The notes under the pieces were generated by a model that was not told the origin of the DNA, did no database searches, and worked only from the letters and a program-made list of their open reading frames with translations. This document shows positions 9,801 through 18,842 of a stretch of 60,393 nucleotides of DNA, piece after piece. The stretch lies in the NCBI GenBank assembly GCA_038253825.1, contig JBBSGT010000004.1:1-60393 (forward strand). The letters run 5' to 3'. The first letter of the stretch is position 1. Each line of letters starts with the position of its first letter. Origin of the DNA: Candidatus Levyibacteriota bacterium. Its GTDB lineage: Bacteria; Patescibacteriota; Microgenomatia; Levybacterales; UBA12049. The translations under genes and the position numbers were made by a program.

Positions 9801-10167
9801 TTGCCTTATCGACATTGGCACCGGAAAGAAATTGCAAGGTAACAGTGGATTGGGAATTTTGTGATGTCGATGTCATAGTATCGATATCTTTAACATTACT
9901 TACTGCCTGCTCGATAGGAATAGTTACTAATGACTCCATGTCATCAGGTCCTGATCCTGGTAGTGTCGTCGAAACAGTAACGATAGCAATATTTATTTTT
10001 GGATTTAAAACCCGAGGAAGGGCCATGAAACTAGCAATACCGAAGGCAAGCGATAATAGGACAAGCAGAATAACAAGACGAGGATTATGTAAATATCTCG
10101 AAATCAGTGAGTCTTTGAGTTTGGGCTCAAACTTGAGTTGTTTTAAGTAGGATGTAAATACTGCCAT
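6802..10167 (-). CDS. RND family efflux transporter permease (AcrB/AcrD/AcrF-like)
   Basis: 1121 aa with 12-TM pseudo-duplicated architecture, two large extracytoplasmic loops, and AcrB-like segments (GLLVDDTIVI, ALFGIVVKNSILIVD). Confidence 0.9.
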   Translation of the reverse strand: MAVFTSYLKQLKFEPKLKDSLISRYLHNPRLVILLVLLSLAFGIASFMALPRVLNPKINIAIVTVSTTLPGSGPDDMESLVTIPIEQAVSNVKDIDTMTSTSQNSQSTVTLQFLSGANVDKATTDVQNAVQSVSNLPKDATTPHVEKLDFQNTPVWIFTATGKDPASLIRFGRGLRDTLKDVTSLNTITAEGVDNQEIQVTIKPNAIATYGINPQVLSQTVTSAINSQPAGNINTNQSSFSLTIDPAITTVEDLRNLRISLNNGTSVLLSNIADIAIRQQPGVSDSYVADPHTTTTQAITFSIFKKSSVNINTADKDAHDAVQKYLAKYPGQFKITNVTDSGAMVDTQFNDLVRDLIITFSLVFLVILLFLGTRQAIVAASAIPMTFLITFIVMHATGIDLSFIAFFSLLLSLGLLVDDTIVIISALSAYYRSGKFTPMEAGLLVWRDFKAAVFTSTLTTVWAFIPLLLATGIIGEFIKPIPIVVSSSLLASFAVAMFITLPLVIIILKPNIPYRVIVLLRAILLLIIIGIFFAIAPKGIYIIPAIILFALNIFIYFQVRNVLFVRLKERFMNWFRPSRKRRTQVSKINIRQYFDQGIISFDIISEKYRYVINAILSRQTNRRKLLWMVIIFSVCSYLLLPLGFVRNEFFPASAQESFQIQLELPAGTNSDQTQKEAIRILNDVRKFPEVQFAQLSVGSGAETGNGPGRGGSNIATITVVLPETSKQKISSLDIAQEVRDHYASYQPGKISVIEASGGPPAGSDVQMKLFGTDLAALDGYANKLESFLQKQPGVTNVDKSIKSGTSKIVFVPDYQKMIDAGVTQDQVGQWLRTYASGSTLDSKVKLEQGNTQNQDIVLRTDTNPQTIEGLGSIMVPTTTDSVPLLSLGNLTIKPNPTLITREGGKRTISVSAGVTKGYSVSQANANLEKYADTLNLPDGYSWSTGGANQQNQESVTSILQAMVLSFMLIIITMVLQFHSFRKALIVMLVIPLSVSGVFIVFAVTQTPLSFPALIGILALFGIVVKNSILIVDKINQNLHAGLEYKTAIIDASESRLEPIALTSFAAILGLIPITLSNALWQGLGGAIIAGLMFSGSIMLFLIPVVYYIIFNNSEGRGKITN

Positions 10168-10182
10168 ACATGTTTGTGTTTC

Positions 10183-11601
10183 TTACTGTGCTTTTACGCT
10201 GTCGCCTTCAACGACATTTCTGTCCAAAATAACTTGGTCACCTGAATGTAATCCATTTGATACTTCGATAAAGTTTCCGAAAACATTCCCCAATGTTACT
10301 TTCTGTGAGATCGCTTTATTATTTTTATCAAGCAATAAATAATTTGCGTCTTGGGTTTGATATACTGCATCAATCGGTAAAAATGGAACAGTAGAACCCG
10401 TATTTACAGAACCGATAGGTATATCGACGTTAAGGTATTGTCCGTCGGTCACTAATTTTGCGTTGTCTGTCGGAATCGTGTAGAAAATTGAGTAGAGCAA
10501 ACCGTCGGTTGCGTCTGCGGAAACAAAATACGGCTTAAGATGAATATCGCTATGCGCCAAATGTATATCACTGTTCTCAAGTTTGGAAATATTTTGGGCA
10601 ATTTGCTGTGGAACATCGACAACTGCGATTGTCTGTGGATCATCCGCATCATCAGATGCTGTAATTGTAGCCAATTCTGTTCCTGGAGAAACTTGTTGTC
10701 CAATTCGTACAAAGACTCGTTGCACTGTTCCGCTTACCGGTGTCGCTGGTAGCATCGTATCCGCACTGACCTGTGCAAGCGCTGCTTGTAATCCTGAAAC
10801 TTCTTTATTTAACTCCAAAGCTTTATCTTGAATATCAAGTTGTTCATTTGTCAGATTTTGTTGTGCTTCTGCAAGTCTTCCCGCAGGTTTGCTACTGTCA
10901 GTTTGGGATTGTAAACTTCTTAAGGAAGCAGCAAGTTGGTTCTGTGCTCCTTGGAGAGAATTAATTTGTCCTTGTTCGGCGATGACGGCTGCCGGTGATG
11001 CAGTAGCACTATTTCTGTCATTTGTAAGTTGTTGATTTAACGAGTTAAGAATAGTCGCATTACTGCTGATAAGTGAGGAAGTGTCATTGGCTGAGGAGCT
11101 CGCGATTGCTTGTTGATCGGTAAAATTATCATGCGTGATATTGGCGATATCTTTTTGTTTTTGGATCGCATCTTTTTGTTTGCCAAAGGTATCAACGACA
11201 TTTTGGTATTGATTCTGAGCGATACTTGCTTGAATACCTAAGGCATTCCCTCCCTGGTAATTTGTTGAAAGCGTCATAAGCTCTCGCCCTTTTAGTACTT
11301 GAGATCCTTCGGTAACAGTAATACCCTGCACAATTCCACTCGTTTGGGCGATAATTTTGACCACGCCGGCTTTCTCAATTTTCGCTTGAAAGGTTGCTTT
11401 GGGTGATGCGCCAATGCTATAGAGTTTCACTGATTTTGTCGGAACGACTGCTTGTTTCTGTGATTTTGGTTGATTCAAAGCATGACCAATAATAATGACG
11501 AGAAAAAGTAAACCCAGTGTGATAAAGAAACTGCTCAGTGGTCTTCTTTTAATAAAGGTAGTTATTTTTAAGTAGTTCTTTTTAAAGTTGCGGTTCTTCA
11601 T
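10183..11601 (-). CDS. efflux RND transporter periplasmic adaptor subunit (membrane fusion protein, HlyD family)
   Basis: N-terminal TM anchor, lipoyl-like hairpins (GIVQGITVTEGSQVLKG.., VSGTVQRVFVRIGQQVSPGTELATI) and a long Q/S-rich coiled coil. It lies 15 nt upstream of the RND gene. Confidence 0.85.
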   Translation of the reverse strand: MKNRNFKKNYLKITTFIKRRPLSSFFITLGLLFLVIIIGHALNQPKSQKQAVVPTKSVKLYSIGASPKATFQAKIEKAGVVKIIAQTSGIVQGITVTEGSQVLKGRELMTLSTNYQGGNALGIQASIAQNQYQNVVDTFGKQKDAIQKQKDIANITHDNFTDQQAIASSSANDTSSLISSNATILNSLNQQLTNDRNSATASPAAVIAEQGQINSLQGAQNQLAASLRSLQSQTDSSKPAGRLAEAQQNLTNEQLDIQDKALELNKEVSGLQAALAQVSADTMLPATPVSGTVQRVFVRIGQQVSPGTELATITASDDADDPQTIAVVDVPQQIAQNISKLENSDIHLAHSDIHLKPYFVSADATDGLLYSIFYTIPTDNAKLVTDGQYLNVDIPIGSVNTGSTVPFLPIDAVYQTQDANYLLLDKNNKAISQKVTLGNVFGNFIEVSNGLHSGDQVILDRNVVEGDSVKAQ

Positions 11602-11636
11602 TGAATTTTCTTGACTTAGGCAGAAAATCTTTCTCT

Positions 11637-11665
11637 ATTATATAATTTCTCTTAACGTACGTCTA
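11637..11665 (-). promoter_or_regulatory. promoter candidate for the adaptor-RND operon (TAGACG-17 nt-TATAAT on the minus strand)
   Basis: -10 at 11637-11642 and -35 at 11660-11665, minus-strand reading. An ACGTACGT palindrome overlaps the -35. Confidence 0.35.
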
Positions 11666-11707
11666 GCATGTATATTATAAATTTTGAACCAGAGGTCTGA
11701 TTTATTA

Positions 11708-13381
11708 TTATGATTTTTTGTAAGAACTATTACTTGTTTCCATTGCAAATTCTTCTCCAACTTCTTCACCTAAAGGCTTCTGTGATTTTCTCAAAGGAAT
11801 TTCTTTTAAGAAGAACGCTGCAAAGAATGCTATAGCCATGAGTCCCGAACCAATGATAAATACCTCACTAATTGATGAAGCCATAATGCCTTTTATTTTA
11901 CTCAGAAAATCCGCAAAGTTTTGCAGCGCTTGGGCTTGGGCCATTTGTGGCAAGTGATGGAGTTGCATCTGAATTTGTGATTGTACATCTTTGGACAGAA
12001 AACTTTGCGCTGTATTTGCGTCAAATTTATCTAATGAAAATGAATGATTGGATTTATTCATCTGCTGCAGGAAAGGATCATCCGATATCTTCTTAGCCCC
12101 GTTGGTTAAGCCATGATTTAAAACACTTCCCATGACTGCTGTCCCTACCGTTCCTCCAATGCTGCGAAACAGTTGCGTTCCTGCCGTAACAACTCCCAGC
12201 TGTGTTTGCGGGAATGCATTTTGTACAGCGATATTAAAGATTGGCATAGTAATTCCCAGACCAATGCCAAGGAAAATTATTCTTGTCATCAAACCCAGTG
12301 AAGTCGTATGCGTACCAATAGTGGAAAGAAACATCATAGCTCCGGTAATCAATATTGTTCCAATAATTGCCAGTATTTTATATCTCCCAGTTCGAGAAAC
12401 AATCTGTCCAGAAATAGCACTTGCCGCAATCATACCTACCATAAGCGGTGTTAGAATAAAACCAGAATTAGTTGCTGAAACTCCCAACACGCCTTGAGCA
12501 AATAATGGAATGTAAAGAATTGCCCCAAACATACCCATTGCTGTTAAGAACGTGATGAGGACTGAGACCCTAAAGATTTTATTATGGAAAAGACTGAGTG
12601 GAATAATCGGTTCTTTCGCGCGATTTTCTACGAATCCAAATCCAAGCAATCCAATTATGGCAATAAGAAAGAGGCCGATAATTTGTCCTGAAAGCCAAGG
12701 ATACTGATTTCCACCCCATACTAATCCGAGTAGGAATGGAACTAATCCTACAATGAGCAATAATGCTCCGGTATAATCAATATGTCTTTCTCCTTCAATA
12801 TGCGATTTGATTTTTGGCATAAGGAAGTAAATAAAAGCTATTGCTATCAGACCAATAGGAATATTAATATAAAATGTCCAGCGCCACGATACGCTATCTG
12901 TTAAATAGCCACCAAGCAGTGGCCCGATAACTGAAGCAAGTCCGAAAACTCCACCGATTGCTCCTTGCCACTTTCCCCGTTCTGCTGGAGGGAAAAGATC
13001 ACCGATAATCGCAAAAGCATTGGTCATAATTGTACCGGCTCCAATACCTTGGAATGCACGGAAAATAATAAGCTGTCCCATGGTATGTGCTTGTCCTGAG
13101 AGTGCCGAACCGATAAGAAAAACGATAATCCCACCCAAAAAGAAAAGTTTACGCCCAAAAATATCAGATAATTTCCCTGCCAGTGGAACGGTGACAGTTG
13201 AGGCGAGCATGTATGCGGTGAATACCCAGCTTAAATGTTCGAGACCATTGAGTTCTTTCACAATTTTTGGCATTGCCGTACCAACAATTGTTTGGTCTAA
13301 CGCAGCCAAAAACATGGCAAGCATTGTGCCTATCATGACTATTATTTTCTGTTTTTGTGTTATTTCAGTTAGTGTTTTCAT
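11708..13381 (-). CDS. MFS transporter, DHA2 (EmrB/QacA, 14-TMS) drug:H+ antiporter family
   Basis: 557 aa. [33 protein letters not shown] motifs of DHA2 exporters. Confidence 0.9.
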   Translation of the reverse strand: MKTLTEITQKQKIIVMIGTMLAMFLAALDQTIVGTAMPKIVKELNGLEHLSWVFTAYMLASTVTVPLAGKLSDIFGRKLFFLGGIIVFLIGSALSGQAHTMGQLIIFRAFQGIGAGTIMTNAFAIIGDLFPPAERGKWQGAIGGVFGLASVIGPLLGGYLTDSVSWRWTFYINIPIGLIAIAFIYFLMPKIKSHIEGERHIDYTGALLLIVGLVPFLLGLVWGGNQYPWLSGQIIGLFLIAIIGLLGFGFVENRAKEPIIPLSLFHNKIFRVSVLITFLTAMGMFGAILYIPLFAQGVLGVSATNSGFILTPLMVGMIAASAISGQIVSRTGRYKILAIIGTILITGAMMFLSTIGTHTTSLGLMTRIIFLGIGLGITMPIFNIAVQNAFPQTQLGVVTAGTQLFRSIGGTVGTAVMGSVLNHGLTNGAKKISDDPFLQQMNKSNHSFSLDKFDANTAQSFLSKDVQSQIQMQLHHLPQMAQAQALQNFADFLSKIKGIMASSISEVFIIGSGLMAIAFFAAFFLKEIPLRKSQKPLGEEVGEEFAMETSNSSYKKS

Positions 13382-13815
13382 ATGTTTTGTTGGTCCGCTA
13401 AACTCTTGAGTATTTTTTCTTGAATTCGTATAAGCTCACCCACATCATGGGAATCTATTTTCGCCAGTAATTTTTTCATTCGATTTCTTTTTGCTTCTCT
13501 CATATGGACTAATTTTTGTTTCCCTTCCTGTGTTAAAACATGATGAATTACGCGACGATCAGTTGTATCCCCTATGCGAGAAATGAATCCTGATTTATGC
13601 ATTCTTTCAAGTAACTGGGTTGTGGATGATAAAGAAGCATTCAAATGTTTTGCCACTTCGCCTAGTTTTGCTTGTGGTGTTTTCTCCAAAAAAGATAATG
13701 TATGAAATTGCAAAACCGTAGCAGCACGCTCTTCGAATGTTATATTCGTTTGATGTGTTACAAATTTTGAAATTTGCATTGACAATGAAATGAGTTTATC
13801 TATTTTTGTTTCCAT
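13378..13815 (-). CDS. MarR family transcriptional regulator
   Basis: 145 aa. w[30 protein letters not shown]. Its stop overlaps the MFS start by 4 nt (ATGA). Confidence 0.9.
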   Translation of the reverse strand: METKIDKLISLSMQISKFVTHQTNITFEERAATVLQFHTLSFLEKTPQAKLGEVAKHLNASLSSTTQLLERMHKSGFISRIGDTTDRRVIHHVLTQEGKQKLVHMREAKRNRMKKLLAKIDSHDVGELIRIQEKILKSLADQQNI

Positions 13816-13910
13816 AACTTATAGTTTATTCTATAAATAGTTTATATTATAAAGTATAAATTGTCAAGATCATCTTCAGAGCGATAGAATATATATGATG
13901 GAAAAGTCGA

Positions 13911-16157
13911 CTATCCTAATTCGAGCATGGTCTTGAGGAGTTCAGCAGACCAACGATAGATATTGTAGCTTTTAAGAATATCTCTCATTCTTCTCATACG
14001 TTTTGTCTGTTCTGATTTTCTCATGGTCAGTGCCGTATGAATAGCTTCAGCAGTTTGTTCTCCATTGTAAGGATTGATAATTAACGCATCACGTAATTCT
14101 CTTGATGCACCAGCAAATTGACTTAAAATAAGCACACCTTTTTCATCATCTCGTGCAGCAACGAATTCTTTTGCTACGAGATTCATACCGTCATGTAATG
14201 ATGTCACCAAACAAATATTTGCGGCTCGATATAACGGATAAATATCGTCGTGACTATGATGCTTTTGTAAAAAGAGGATTGGTCTCCAATCATTCTTTTT
14301 AAATTTGTTATTAATACGATTTACTTCTGATTCAACTTTTTTTGCAAAGTTTTTATAATCTGTAATATCCGTTCGGCTCGGAGCCGAAATTTGAATAAAA
14401 GTAAATTTGGTAATATATGCAGGATATTTCGTCAGAAAAATTTCAAGAGCATGTAATCGTTCAACGATACCTTTTGTGTAATCCAATCGATCAACACCAA
14501 TACCGATGTATTCTGTTTTTACTCCTAGTTTTTTTAATGCATCACTACTTTGTTCTTCCTGTATTTTTAGTTGTCCACTTGATCGGTTTGTAAAAGCAAT
14601 ACTGATTGGAAAAGGTTTCACTGTTGTATTATGACTATTTTTGGTGACGGTAAATTGATCAAGGTCAATTAATGCTTCCAATTCGCGCCCGACAGTGCTA
14701 ATGAAATTATTGCAATGCAATTGTGTGTGAAAACCGATAATATCTGCACCCAACATACCATCAAGTAATTCCTTTTTCCAGGGACAAATACTAAACGCTT
14801 CAGCGTTAGGCCAAGGGATATGCCAGAACATACCGATTGTTGCATCAGGACGTTTTTCCTTAACCATTTTGGGCAAAAGCGCAAAATGGAAATCCTGAAC
14901 AATGATTATCGGATTTTGTTCATTTTTAATTTCTTTCAGAACTATCTTGGCAAATTTTTCGTTTACTTTAACGTATTCTTTCCAGTCTTCTCTTCTGAAA
15001 ATAGGCCTGGTATGAGCTATGTGACAAAGCGGCCAAATACCTTCGTTGGAAAAACCATCGTAAAAACCTTTGATCTCTTCATCGGTAAGCCAAACACGTT
15101 TTAGTGTATAAAGTGGATCTCCTGGTGGAACACCAATTGAGTCATTTTCATCCACCACAAGTTTGTCCGCATTCCCACTTCCTTGAGCAATCCACATACC
15201 TCCTGTTGCTTGCATAATCGGCTCAATAGCGGTGACCATACCACTTGCCGGAAAATGGTAATCAATAGTATTTCCTTCTTTGGTATGGACATATGGTTCA
15301 CGATTTGAAACAACATAAATCTTGCGATCTTTTAAAATATCAGTAACGAATGCTTTCAAACGTTCGGTTGTCCATGGTGAATCAAATTTCTTTAGACGCA
15401 ATTTTGCTTCTTCGCTCGCGGCAATTCTGGCATCAATCAGACTCTGTTGCATATTTCCCACTTCTTTAATAAGTGGCCCTAAAAAGGGATTGTTAAAAAC
15501 TTTGCCGAGTTTCGTTTTGCCTTTTCCATTACTCTGTCCGGAATATCTTAACGATTCGACAAGATTTCGTAATGGCACAAAAATAACCCATCGAAGAATA
15601 AGCAGAATGCCAATTGACAGTAAAAATGCCTGGATAAATAATTTCGAAAGGTCACTCATCCATATATCTGTTAACTGCGTGTCAATATATCCAGCATTTT
15701 GTACAATGATAAGTGCTCCGACGACGCTTTTTTTATCATGAAGCGGCGATGCATAAATATAAAAATTCTTATCATTTTCTGTCGCAAAATCTCCATTATC
15801 TTTATCAGCATCCATAGCATCAGTAATTATTTGATTTGTATCTTTTGTTTGTGTCATTCCTTTTGGAAGCGTCGAAGATGAGGCTACTTGTTTTCCTGAA
15901 CTATTAACAATTGCAATACCTGCGAGACGTTGGTTGTCGGAAAATCTTTCTACCACATTTTGTAAATAAACGTTTGATTTATTAATAAAATTAGGTTCCA
16001 CAGATTCTTTCAGACTGTCATCAACAAGATAAGAACGGTATTGAATATCTGCGGTAAGTCTCTTTGATTCCGAATCGACATGAGTCCACGTAAAGTAAAC
16101 AGCGATTAAACTTATAATGACAAAGACAACACCGACAACGGCGAGAAGTTGTTTCAT
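13911..16157 (-). CDS. otsA: trehalose-6-phosphate synthase (GT20, OtsA-like) fused to an N-terminal TM-sensor-TM-HAMP-like module
   Basis: GT20 motifs SNREPY, GGMWIAQGSG, YDGFSNEGIWPLCH, VQDFHFALLP, FWHIPWPN, GVDRLDYTKGI, LHDGMNLVAKEF, SQFAGA. The N-terminal ~270 aa contain two TM helices flanking a ~150-aa extracytoplasmic region. The ORF track starts at GTG 16175. Confidence 0.85.
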   Translation of the reverse strand: MKQLLAVVGVVFVIISLIAVYFTWTHVDSESKRLTADIQYRSYLVDDSLKESVEPNFINKSNVYLQNVVERFSDNQRLAGIAIVNSSGKQVASSSTLPKGMTQTKDTNQIITDAMDADKDNGDFATENDKNFYIYASPLHDKKSVVGALIIVQNAGYIDTQLTDIWMSDLSKLFIQAFLLSIGILLILRWVIFVPLRNLVESLRYSGQSNGKGKTKLGKVFNNPFLGPLIKEVGNMQQSLIDARIAASEEAKLRLKKFDSPWTTERLKAFVTDILKDRKIYVVSNREPYVHTKEGNTIDYHFPASGMVTAIEPIMQATGGMWIAQGSGNADKLVVDENDSIGVPPGDPLYTLKRVWLTDEEIKGFYDGFSNEGIWPLCHIAHTRPIFRREDWKEYVKVNEKFAKIVLKEIKNEQNPIIIVQDFHFALLPKMVKEKRPDATIGMFWHIPWPNAEAFSICPWKKELLDGMLGADIIGFHTQLHCNNFISTVGRELEALIDLDQFTVTKNSHNTTVKPFPISIAFTNRSSGQLKIQEEQSSDALKKLGVKTEYIGIGVDRLDYTKGIVERLHALEIFLTKYPAYITKFTFIQISAPSRTDITDYKNFAKKVESEVNRINNKFKKNDWRPILFLQKHHSHDDIYPLYRAANICLVTSLHDGMNLVAKEFVAARDDEKGVLILSQFAGASRELRDALIINPYNGEQTAEAIHTALTMRKSEQTKRMRRMRDILKSYNIYRWSAELLKTMLELG

Positions 16158-16239
16158 GATTGTATAGTATAACACATTTTTCAGGCTAAATCACATTCTT
16201 GGCTGGCTTATGAGTTGTCTTCTGAGGTATGTGGGGAGT

Positions 16240-16992
16240 TTATTTTTTTAATTTGCCACTATGTTTCCACAGGTTATCATAAAACATCCTCATAACTTCA
16301 GTAAATTCACGACTCTCTACTAAAAAACCGAATCCTTCTTTTTTTGATGAATAAAATGCGGTTTTATCATCATAGATAATCAAAGAAAGAGAAAAAGTCT
16401 GACTGGGTGAGATATATGCAACTTCGGTAAGTTCACGCCCATATGTTGTCCGTGTTTGTTCTTCATATTCGCTTTCTTTATCAGCGGGTCGTAATGATCT
16501 AATTTTAATCTTTCTCTTCAAACGCTTTGAAATGACCCTTTTTACAAAACTTTCCCCAAGCATTTTATTCATATCCTGCGGTGACCATAAAACCCATGCT
16601 TCTTTTTTCTTTGCTTTTGCAAATCCACTGTATAGTTCTTGCATTGCTATTTTCCCTTGATAAAACGTAATATGTGATTGGAAACTCTGCTCACGGTCTA
16701 AATTTAGAAGTTGCGGCATTACTGACTTAGTCAAATCAAACCGTTGTTTTGCTATCTCTAGTAAATTTTTGGGAGATGAGGCACTGATTAATCGACGTTT
16801 GTTATTGAATTGATAGTGAATTAGTCCCTTTTTTTCTAGACTTTTAATGACATCATACACATTTGGTCGCTTCAGTTCAGTCTTCATTGCAATGTCCGTT
16901 GGTGATAAGGGGCCTGTTTTTAATAATTGTAAATACATAACTGACTCACATTTTGTTAATCCAATAGCTTCTATTTCTTGTGCAATATCCAT
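16240..16992 (-). CDS. TrmB family (sugar-responsive) transcriptional regulator
   Basis: N-terminal TrmB-type wHTH: LGLTKCESVMYLQLLKTGPLSPTDIAMKTELKRPNVYDVIKSLEKKGLI. Has a C-terminal effector-like domain. Confidence 0.8.
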   Translation of the reverse strand: MDIAQEIEAIGLTKCESVMYLQLLKTGPLSPTDIAMKTELKRPNVYDVIKSLEKKGLIHYQFNNKRRLISASSPKNLLEIAKQRFDLTKSVMPQLLNLDREQSFQSHITFYQGKIAMQELYSGFAKAKKKEAWVLWSPQDMNKMLGESFVKRVISKRLKRKIKIRSLRPADKESEYEEQTRTTYGRELTEVAYISPSQTFSLSLIIYDDKTAFYSSKKEGFGFLVESREFTEVMRMFYDNLWKHSGKLKK

Positions 16993-17118
16993 ATGTGTAT
17001 TATTTAATAGTACGATAATGCATCGTATACTGAAGCCTAGGACTTGTCAAGTGTCCAATATGTATGATAAATTTGACTATTTTATGAAAAATTCCTCTAC
17101 AATTTACTGTATTCTGAA

Positions 17119-17895
17119 ATGAGAACAAAATCAAAGGTAGAAAGTACAGAGAAAGTAATTCCTGAAGGTTTACGACCAACATCTAAATTATCTTTACGGG
17201 AAATCATCATTTTTTTGCGGCATCTTACGCAAAAAGAACAATGGTCTCTTATTAGGCAGGAACTCGAAAAAGCAGTAGATATTATAAGTCTGGGAAAAGC
17301 TGTGATGTTTTTTTTGGTGGATGAGACAGCTGCAGGTGGTTCTCATACAGTAAAAGCTTTTTATAACCCACGAGCAAAAAAAGTACTCTTGGAAATCCCT
17401 AAGGAACCCTTGCAAAAAGGAGGACGCTTTCCAACAGTGCTTCATGCCTTGGAAATTATTGTCGGTGCAATTGATTTAGCAAACAAAAGAAGAAAACGTG
17501 ATCAGAAAATACCATATCCTGAGATTTCATTTGTCAAAGTTTTGAAAAAATCTATGAAGAAATCTGATGTTAGTGTCATTCCTTTAACAGTAGCAGAAAC
17601 CAAAAAAGCGAATATTATTGCTTTTCATCCGCAAGCTCGTCATATTGATCCAGAAACATTAGCCAGAGCATACTATCACATCATCCAGACAGACAATACT
17701 TTACCAAGGGATTTAATAAGACATACAATGCTTGTCCAGACTTTATCTGGGAACAGACCGCGGGATAAACATAGCATTACGGTTACTGTTTTACCCAAAG
17801 ATGCAACACAAGTCTATAAACTCATACATCCCGGAAGAATTACGCGATGGTTTAATCCAAATGCGGTCACAAATATAGTTATGAGAAGAGCATAA
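17119..17895 (+). CDS. hypothetical protein (no recognisable domain)
   Basis: 258-aa ORF divergent from trmB. Its stop abuts the start of the next ORF. Confidence 0.5.
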   Translation: MRTKSKVESTEKVIPEGLRPTSKLSLREIIIFLRHLTQKEQWSLIRQELEKAVDIISLGKAVMFFLVDETAAGGSHTVKAFYNPRAKKVLLEIPKEPLQKGGRFPTVLHALEIIVGAIDLANKRRKRDQKIPYPEISFVKVLKKSMKKSDVSVIPLTVAETKKANIIAFHPQARHIDPETLARAYYHIIQTDNTLPRDLIRHTMLVQTLSGNRPRDKHSITVTVLPKDATQVYKLIHPGRITRWFNPNAVTNIVMRRA

Positions 17896-17901
17896 TTGTC
17901 T

Positions 17902-18678
17902 ATGCAGAAAAACGAATACATACAGAAAAGAACAAAAGAAATAGTTATTCTTTTTAAGAAATTTGCCAAAGGTGGATGGGTAAATCCTGATAATGCATCT
18001 GGTAATCCATTATGGACGAGAATAAAAGCCAGTATCAGACGAGAAGAACAAATTCAAACGATTATGTTTTGGGGAGCTTCAGATAAAAAAACTCTCACTT
18101 CTGCAGATGAACAATTCCTTAAGATACTCTTTGCCTTACATGAAAAAGCGGCATTACTTCATGGGCAAGGTTGTCAGCTGACTATCATGAAAGCAGATTT
18201 GCATATTGCCCAAAATGGTCATGGAACTATTTCTCAGAATCATGTACAGCTAAACGATGCTCCTAGAAAATATTTAGAAAAGATTACGCAACTTTTTGAA
18301 GAAAAAGTTGCGATCTATAAAAAGAAAAAAGTTCCTATAACAATTCGCATCCATGCGTTAAGTGACTTATATAATGAATATGGCCTTCCATTTCTCATAG
18401 AAGATATTGGTAAGAAGGATCGGGTAATTTCCAGCCGTTACGTGGACTTTCTTTTAGCCAATGCTCGAAAACATAATAGATCAGGTATAGCTTCTGAAGA
18501 TGCGGCAATTTTATATGTTGCAAGGAGAAGAAGAGAACAGTTTCTTTTAAAAAAGATTGCACCTAAAGCTATCCTAATTGCTTCAGGAGTAAGAACAGGA
18601 GCACGTGATGTGATTTTACCAAAAGGTATGCCCGGAATATTTTTAAAAGTACCAGCACCTTGGTTTATCCAAAACTAA
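17902..18678 (+). CDS. hypothetical protein (possible very remote Dit1/PvcA-like core, unverified)
   Basis: 258-260 aa; TTG 17896 or ATG 17902. The segment IMFWGASDKK..ADEQFLKIL..GCQLTIMKADLH weakly recalls FPFKSPN..PDxxE..GAxLTIvSDG of isonitrile-synthase-type proteins. Confidence 0.45.
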   Translation: MQKNEYIQKRTKEIVILFKKFAKGGWVNPDNASGNPLWTRIKASIRREEQIQTIMFWGASDKKTLTSADEQFLKILFALHEKAALLHGQGCQLTIMKADLHIAQNGHGTISQNHVQLNDAPRKYLEKITQLFEEKVAIYKKKKVPITIRIHALSDLYNEYGLPFLIEDIGKKDRVISSRYVDFLLANARKHNRSGIASEDAAILYVARRRREQFLLKKIAPKAILIASGVRTGARDVILPKGMPGIFLKVPAPWFIQN

Positions 18679-18697
18679 CAGTATTATTTTTTTATAC

Positions 18698-18769
18698 GGC
18701 GCGGTGGCGAAGTGGTAACGCAGGGGTTTGCAAATCCTCCATGCATAGGTTCAATTCCTGTCCGCGCCT
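18698..18769 (+). tRNA. tRNA-Cys (anticodon GCA)
   Basis: Cloverleaf: acceptor GGCGCGG/CCGCGCC, anticodon loop TTGCAAA, T-arm ATAGG-TTCAATT-CCTGT, discriminator U73 (a Cys identity element). No encoded CCA. Confidence 0.9.
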
Positions 18770-18842
18770 CATTATAAAGGTTTGCTATCAGAAAAATTCT
18801 TATCACTTGTTTTCATCGAATGATATAATATCTTCGCTGTCT

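Noticed and set aside
10520-10570. Imperfect 21-nt tandem duplication in the adaptor gene (SDIHLAH/SDIHLKP).
   Set aside because: A small in-frame duplication within a coding region. No evidence of functional significance.
18660-18842. The long version of the ORF track entry 18660-19496, starting at 18660.
   Set aside because: Its first 61 codons run straight through the tRNA-Cys gene (18698-18769). The conserved DUF45 domain begins after ATG 18843, so the shorter CDS was called.
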